Assembly: GCA_041398325.1 (NCBI GenBank)
Contig: JAWKUX010000014.1
Location: 20,596 to 84,595 of the forward strand
Reading direction: 5' to 3'
Length of the DNA stretch: 64,000 nucleotides
DNA from: Hyphomonadaceae bacterium
GTDB taxonomy: Bacteria; Pseudomonadota; Alphaproteobacteria; Caulobacterales; Aquidulcibacteraceae
Part shown: positions 60,042 to 64,000 of the stretch, in pieces
How the letters are laid out: each line of letters starts with the position of its first letter
Numbering within the stretch: the stretch's first letter is position 1
Made by a program: the position numbers and the translations under genes
Notes under the pieces: generated by a model
Databases searched by the model: none
What the model saw: the letters and a program-made list of their open reading frames with translations, nothing else
Told to the model about the DNA's origin: nothing

Positions 60042-60786
60042 TCAGCGCCTCGCGCTCCGCCGCCGTGATCGCCCGCCACTTGCCTTCGGGCAAATCGCCC
60101 AGCCATAACGGCCCGATCCGCACCCGCAGCAGATCGACAACCTCAAGCTCCACAAGCTCGCACATCCGCCGGACCTGGCGTTTGCGACCTTCAGTGAGGA
60201 TGAAGCGGATCCGCCACGGCTCCACAACGTCGATCTTCGCCGGCTTCAGCTTGCGCCCGTCGAGCTCCAATCCATGCCGCAGCAGCGCAAGCTTGCGATC
60301 ATTGATCTGCCCGCGCACGCCGACGAGATATTCCTTGTCGAGCTTCGACTCTTCGCCAATCGCCGCCTTCGCCAGCACGCCGTCTTCACTCAGCAAAAGC
60401 AGTCCGCGCGAATCTTGATCCAGCCGCCCGAGTGGGGCGAGGCTCGTGCGCGATGTCGGCATCGGATCGGCGCCGCCAACCAAGTTGGCTTTCGTCAGTA
60501 GGCGCGCAGCGGGCGTCTGATCGGCTTCTGGCTGCGATGAAACAAATCCGACCGGCTTATTGATCGCGACACTGATCTTCGCCGGCGCGCCATGTGCATC
60601 GGCGACCTCAATCGTCTGCCCGCGCTCAATCTTTCGTCCCGGCTCGGCGACCACGGCGCCGTCGATGCTCACCAGCCCGTTGGCGATCAGTTCTTCGGCC
60701 TCGCGCCGCGAGCAAACGCCTTCGCCAGCGAGCCACTTATTGACCCGCTGTGGTTCGGCACCGTCATAGGTTTTGCGCCATGCCAT
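60025..60786 (-). CDS. Pseudouridine synthase, RsuA/RluB family
   Basis: S4 domain (VNKWLAGEGVCSRREAEELI) and catalytic GRLDxDSxGLLLL. Confidence 0.85.
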   Translation of the reverse strand: MAWRKTYDGAEPQRVNKWLAGEGVCSRREAEELIANGLVSIDGAVVAEPGRKIERGQTIEVADAHGAPAKISVAINKPVGFVSSQPEADQTPAARLLTKANLVGGADPMPTSRTSLAPLGRLDQDSRGLLLLSEDGVLAKAAIGEESKLDKEYLVGVRGQINDRKLALLRHGLELDGRKLKPAKIDVVEPWRIRFILTEGRKRQVRRMCELVELEVVDLLRVRIGPLWLGDLPEGKWRAITAAEREALIRASK

Positions 60787-60795
60787 CGGCGCTTG

Positions 60796-62232
60796 TTAGC
60801 CGCAGGAGTAACTCAGCTGCAATGCGCGCAGACGCCCAGCCGCCCGCGGCTGGATTTGGTGCTCATCGGGCATGCACGCCAATTGGCGATAAAGCTCAAT
60901 TGACCGCGCTCGCTCCTCTGGCGAACCATCACGCAGCAAGTCGGCGAGGTTGGACATCGATGGCGCATAATTCTGCTGTGCCGCGCGTGTGTAGAGCGAC
61001 TTGGCCTCCGCTTCATTGCGAGGCGTCCCAATGCCATCGCGATAGTGCGTTGCCAGCATATGCAGTGCATCGGGCTGATCTGCTTCGGCCGCGCGCTGGA
61101 GGAAGGGGATTGCCGCGGTTGGATTTTGTGGGCCCGCGGGACTGTCACGCAACCAGCGTGCGTAGAAGTACTGCGCCCGCGGGTCGCCGCGCTCGGCCGC
61201 CGCCAGCCACAAGCGGCCAGCTTCCGCCTGCGAGGCGCGATCAGCCGGCAGGCTCGCCGCATAATCGATCTGCGCCGCCGTAAAGCCAGCATCGGCGGCT
61301 TGCCGCAAGCGGGCATAGGCGGTCGCCTCATCGATGCCCGCGTGTGGCGCGGTCCGCCGCAGTTGCCAGGAGAGGTAGAGCGCCGCCGCATTGTTCTGCG
61401 CGGACGCCAGGTCGCACTGCTCGCGCGCAGCCGTCGGACTCGGTAGCAAGCCGCCCGTGCCGGCCATATGCCCCAGGCATGCCAGGGTCTGCGCGTCAGC
61501 ATCGCCAGCCGCTGCGCGCGCCTCGATCTGTTGGGCCAGCGTTTCATCGATCCGCGCCGCCACCTCGCGCCAAGGCGTACGCTCGAGCGCCGCCGAGGTC
61601 AGCGCGGGCGCTTCCGCCGTCGTCGGTGTTGCCGACGCCTGCGCTTGTGGCGTCGAGAATTGGAACGAGGCCATCGTGAGTTCGCCGGAGCGGACCATGT
61701 TGATCACGCGCCCGGCGCCGAAGCCCACGACAAACAGCGCGCCTACCGCCGCCGCGAACACCGCAAGCGTCTTGAGTTGCTTTTCGCCGCTGGTCTCGCG
61801 CCGCTTCAGCAGTGCCGAACGCACTACCGCCAGCACGCTGGGCAACGCCGCCACGTTTGCTTTCGTTGGCGAGAGCTTGTCGATCTCAACGACCAGCGTC
61901 TGGAACCGGGTCTTGAACGCTGTGCGATCCCGCAAAGCCAGATCCACTCGTGGCGCGGCCCGGAAGGGCGTCGGCGTCGCGTCGGTCAGCAACTCGGCGC
62001 TTACGAGCTTCTTCCGCTCGTGCGCGAGCGCCGCCAGCATCGCCAGCTCCGCCGTCGGCGCCCCGCGCGACCAAAGGCCGATCACGCACTTCGAGTCATC
62101 GACGAGCTTTGCGATCTCGGCTTCGCTCGGCGCGCCGGCTGCGGCGTCGAAGCCCAGGGTCTTCAAAGCCTGCGCAAGACCTCCCGCCTGCGCATCGGCG
62201 TCGGGCGCCGCAGCAATGAAAACTTCCGCCAT
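60796..62232 (-). CDS. TIR-like N-terminal domain / TM helix / Sel1-repeat (TPR-like) protein
   Basis: EVFIAAAPDA...LVDDSKCVIGLWS (TIR-like beta-alpha pattern), TM LAVFAAAVGALFVVGF, Sel1-like repeats (ALHMLATHYRDGIGTPRNEAEAKSLYTRAA). Confidence 0.55.
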   Translation of the reverse strand: MAEVFIAAAPDADAQAGGLAQALKTLGFDAAAGAPSEAEIAKLVDDSKCVIGLWSRGAPTAELAMLAALAHERKKLVSAELLTDATPTPFRAAPRVDLALRDRTAFKTRFQTLVVEIDKLSPTKANVAALPSVLAVVRSALLKRRETSGEKQLKTLAVFAAAVGALFVVGFGAGRVINMVRSGELTMASFQFSTPQAQASATPTTAEAPALTSAALERTPWREVAARIDETLAQQIEARAAAGDADAQTLACLGHMAGTGGLLPSPTAAREQCDLASAQNNAAALYLSWQLRRTAPHAGIDEATAYARLRQAADAGFTAAQIDYAASLPADRASQAEAGRLWLAAAERGDPRAQYFYARWLRDSPAGPQNPTAAIPFLQRAAEADQPDALHMLATHYRDGIGTPRNEAEAKSLYTRAAQQNYAPSMSNLADLLRDGSPEERARSIELYRQLACMPDEHQIQPRAAGRLRALQLSYSCG

Positions 62233-62385
62233 TCGTCTCCCACCTCAGACCAAGTTGAACCGAAGGCAATGCGGCAGCGTCAAGCGCGGACGTGGAACAT
62301 TGCTGTGTCTTAAGTTGGTGACGGTCATGTGAGGAAATTCTCGACGCCGTGTCGGGAAGGAGGGTAGGCGGTTCGTCCTTCCCCT

Positions 62386-62772
62386 ATGAGGCTACATCCG
62401 ATGCTCTATGCGGTGCTTTGCTACAATGACGAAGCCGTTGTCTTCTCCTGGACCAAGGAGGAAGACGCCGCGGTCATGGATCGCCTCGCCAAGGTCCACG
62501 AGAAGTGGGAAGCCCAGGGCAAGCTCAAGCCCTCGATCCGGCTGTTGCCCACCTCGGCCGCCACCACCCTGCGCAAGAAGGACAACGAGGTGTTGGACGG
62601 GCCCTACGCCGAGACCAAGGAGCAATTGCTCGGCTTCTATATCATTGAGGTCCAAGACCTTGAGGAGGGGCTCAAGTTCACCCGCGAATTGGCGGTCGCC
62701 AACCCCGGCGGCGCCTACGAGCTAAGGCCCATCATGATCTACAATACTGGCGCCCCGGTGGAGCCGCGCTGA
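62386..62772 (+). CDS. YciI-like/DGPF domain protein
   Basis: LDGPYAETKEQLLGFYIIE DGPF motif. Confidence 0.75.
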   Translation: MRLHPMLYAVLCYNDEAVVFSWTKEEDAAVMDRLAKVHEKWEAQGKLKPSIRLLPTSAATTLRKKDNEVLDGPYAETKEQLLGFYIIEVQDLEEGLKFTRELAVANPGGAYELRPIMIYNTGAPVEPR

Positions 62773-64000
62773 GTGACGGATCTAGCCTGGATCGACGCGG
62801 CGCTCGTCTCCGCGCGGCCTCAGGCGGTGGCGGCGCTGTTGCGCTATTTCCGTGACCTCGATCTAGCCGAGGAGGCTTATCAGGAAGCCTGCTTGCGGGC
62901 GCTGAAGAACTGGCCGTCGAATGGCCCGCCGCGCGATCCGGCTGCCTGGCTCATCATGGTCGGCCGCAATGCCGCCATCGATGTCACCCGCCGCCGCGCC
63001 AGGCAGGCCGAGCTTCCTGAGGAGGATCAGATTTCTGATCTAAGCGACGTCGAAGCCGAGGTCGTGCGGAAGCTCGATGAAGCCGACTATCGCGACGACG
63101 TGCTGCGGCTGCTCTTCATCTGCTGCCACCCTGACTTGCCCGCGACCCAGCAAATCGCACTTGCGCTCCGCATCGTCTCGGGTCTCACGGTGCCGCAAAT
63201 CGCGCGTGCATTTCTCGTAGGCGAGAGCGCCATGGAGCAGCGCATCACGCGCGCCAAAGCAAAAGTCGCCAGCGCGGGCGTTCCGTTCGAAGCGCCGCAT
63301 GCCGCCGAGCGTAGCAAGCGTCTGGCTTCGGTTGCGGCCATGACCTACCTCGTCTTCAACGAAGGCTATTCCGCCGCCGACCCCGCCAGCGACCGCGCCA
63401 CGTTATGCGACGAAGCTATCCGCCTCGCGCGCTTGTTGCTGCGCATGTATCCGAGTGAGCCGGAGATTATGGGGCTCCTGGCGCTGATGCTGCTCCAGCA
63501 CTCCCGTGTTGCCGCGCGCTTCGATTTAGACGGCAACGTCATCCTGCTCGAAGACCAAGACCGCAGCCATTGGAAGCGCCCCCTGATCCAAGAGGGGCTG
63601 GCGCTGATCGATAAGGCCATGCGCTTGCGCAACCCCGGAACCTATCAAATCCAAGCTGCCATCGCGGGCCTGCATGCGCGCGCGTCCGCGCCAAGCGAGA
63701 CCGATTGGGCCCACATCGACGTGCTCTACCAAGCACTCGAGCGCATGACGCCATCGCCCGTGATTACCCTCAATCGCGCAGTCGCGGTCGCCAAACTGCG
63801 CGGGCCTCAGGCCGCACTTGATCTTATCGGGCCGCTGGCTGAGCGTCTGAGCGGCTACTTCTATTTTCACGGCGCACGCGGCGCGTTCTTGAAGGAACTG
63901 GGCCAAACCGCCGAAGCGCGCGAAGCCTTCAATCAAGCTATCGCGCTTGCAAACACGCCTGCCGAAGCGGCGCACATTCGCCAGCACCTGGACTCGCTCG
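62773..64000 (+). CDS. Sigma-70 family factor with C-terminal TPR-like extension (COG4941-type, DGPF-associated); 3' end outside window
   Basis: Hand translation from GTG 62773. Region 2 (AWLIMVGRNAAIDVTRRR) and region 4 (ALRIVSGLTVPQIARAFLVGESAMEQRITRAKAKV). Overlaps the YciI stop. Confidence 0.7.
   Translation, partial: MTDLAWIDAALVSARPQAVAALLRYFRDLDLAEEAYQEACLRALKNWPSNGPPRDPAAWLIMVGRNAAIDVTRRRARQAELPEEDQISDLSDVEAEVVRKLDEADYRDDVLRLLFICCHPDLPATQQIALALRIVSGLTVPQIARAFLVGESAMEQRITRAKAKVASAGVPFEAPHAAERSKRLASVAAMTYLVFNEGYSAADPASDRATLCDEAIRLARLLLRMYPSEPEIMGLLALMLLQHSRVAARFDLDGNVILLEDQDRSHWKRPLIQEGLALIDKAMRLRNPGTYQIQAAIAGLHARASAPSETDWAHIDVLYQALERMTPSPVITLNRAVAVAKLRGPQAALDLIGPLAERLSGYFYFHGARGAFLKELGQTAEAREAFNQAIALANTPAEAAHIRQHLDSL

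Overview
High-GC (~65%) chromosomal segment, most likely from an alphaproteobacterium. The conserved backbone is gluQ, argJ, a parvulin PPIase, secA, ruvC, ruvA, ruvB, ybgC-tolQRAB-pal-cpoB, tilS, ftsH, pgsA-uvrC, rlmJ and a peroxiredoxin. Accessory blocks interrupt this backbone at several places.

Highlights:
1. A ~1.7 kb low-GC islet sits exactly at the secA stop codon. It is flanked by perfect 33-bp direct repeats of the secA 3' end and carries a single 488-aa RelA/SpoT-like protein (nucleotidyltransferase domain plus a ~290-aa unknown C-terminal domain), a candidate fused toxSAS/CapRel-like defence gene.
2. The normally contiguous ruvC-ruvA-ruvB-ybgC/tol-pal locus is split by three cargo insertions. 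The third starts with two low-GC paralogous genes of unknown function, translationally coupled to ruvB and sharing a C-terminal motif, followed by a flotillin gene.
3. A 126-bp complex palindromic (MITE/RPE-like) element is inserted in-frame inside uvrC.
4. An unusual cold-shock-domain protein carries a ~160-aa N-terminal Gly/Arg/Tyr-rich (RGG/YGG) low-complexity domain.
5. A twin-arginine-signal Gly/Asp tandem-repeat protein lies just upstream of ruvA.
6. A TIR-like/transmembrane/Sel1-repeat protein is present.
7. There are two ECF-sigma/DGPF (YciI-like) modules.
8. There is an orphan Flp pilin gene coupled to mutT.
9. Two genes (an alpha/beta hydrolase and a CPBP protease) carry single-nucleotide frameshifts.

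No rRNA, tRNA or CRISPR arrays were recognised. Coordinates follow the supplied ORF track; my own nucleotide indexing may be off by +/-1 in places.
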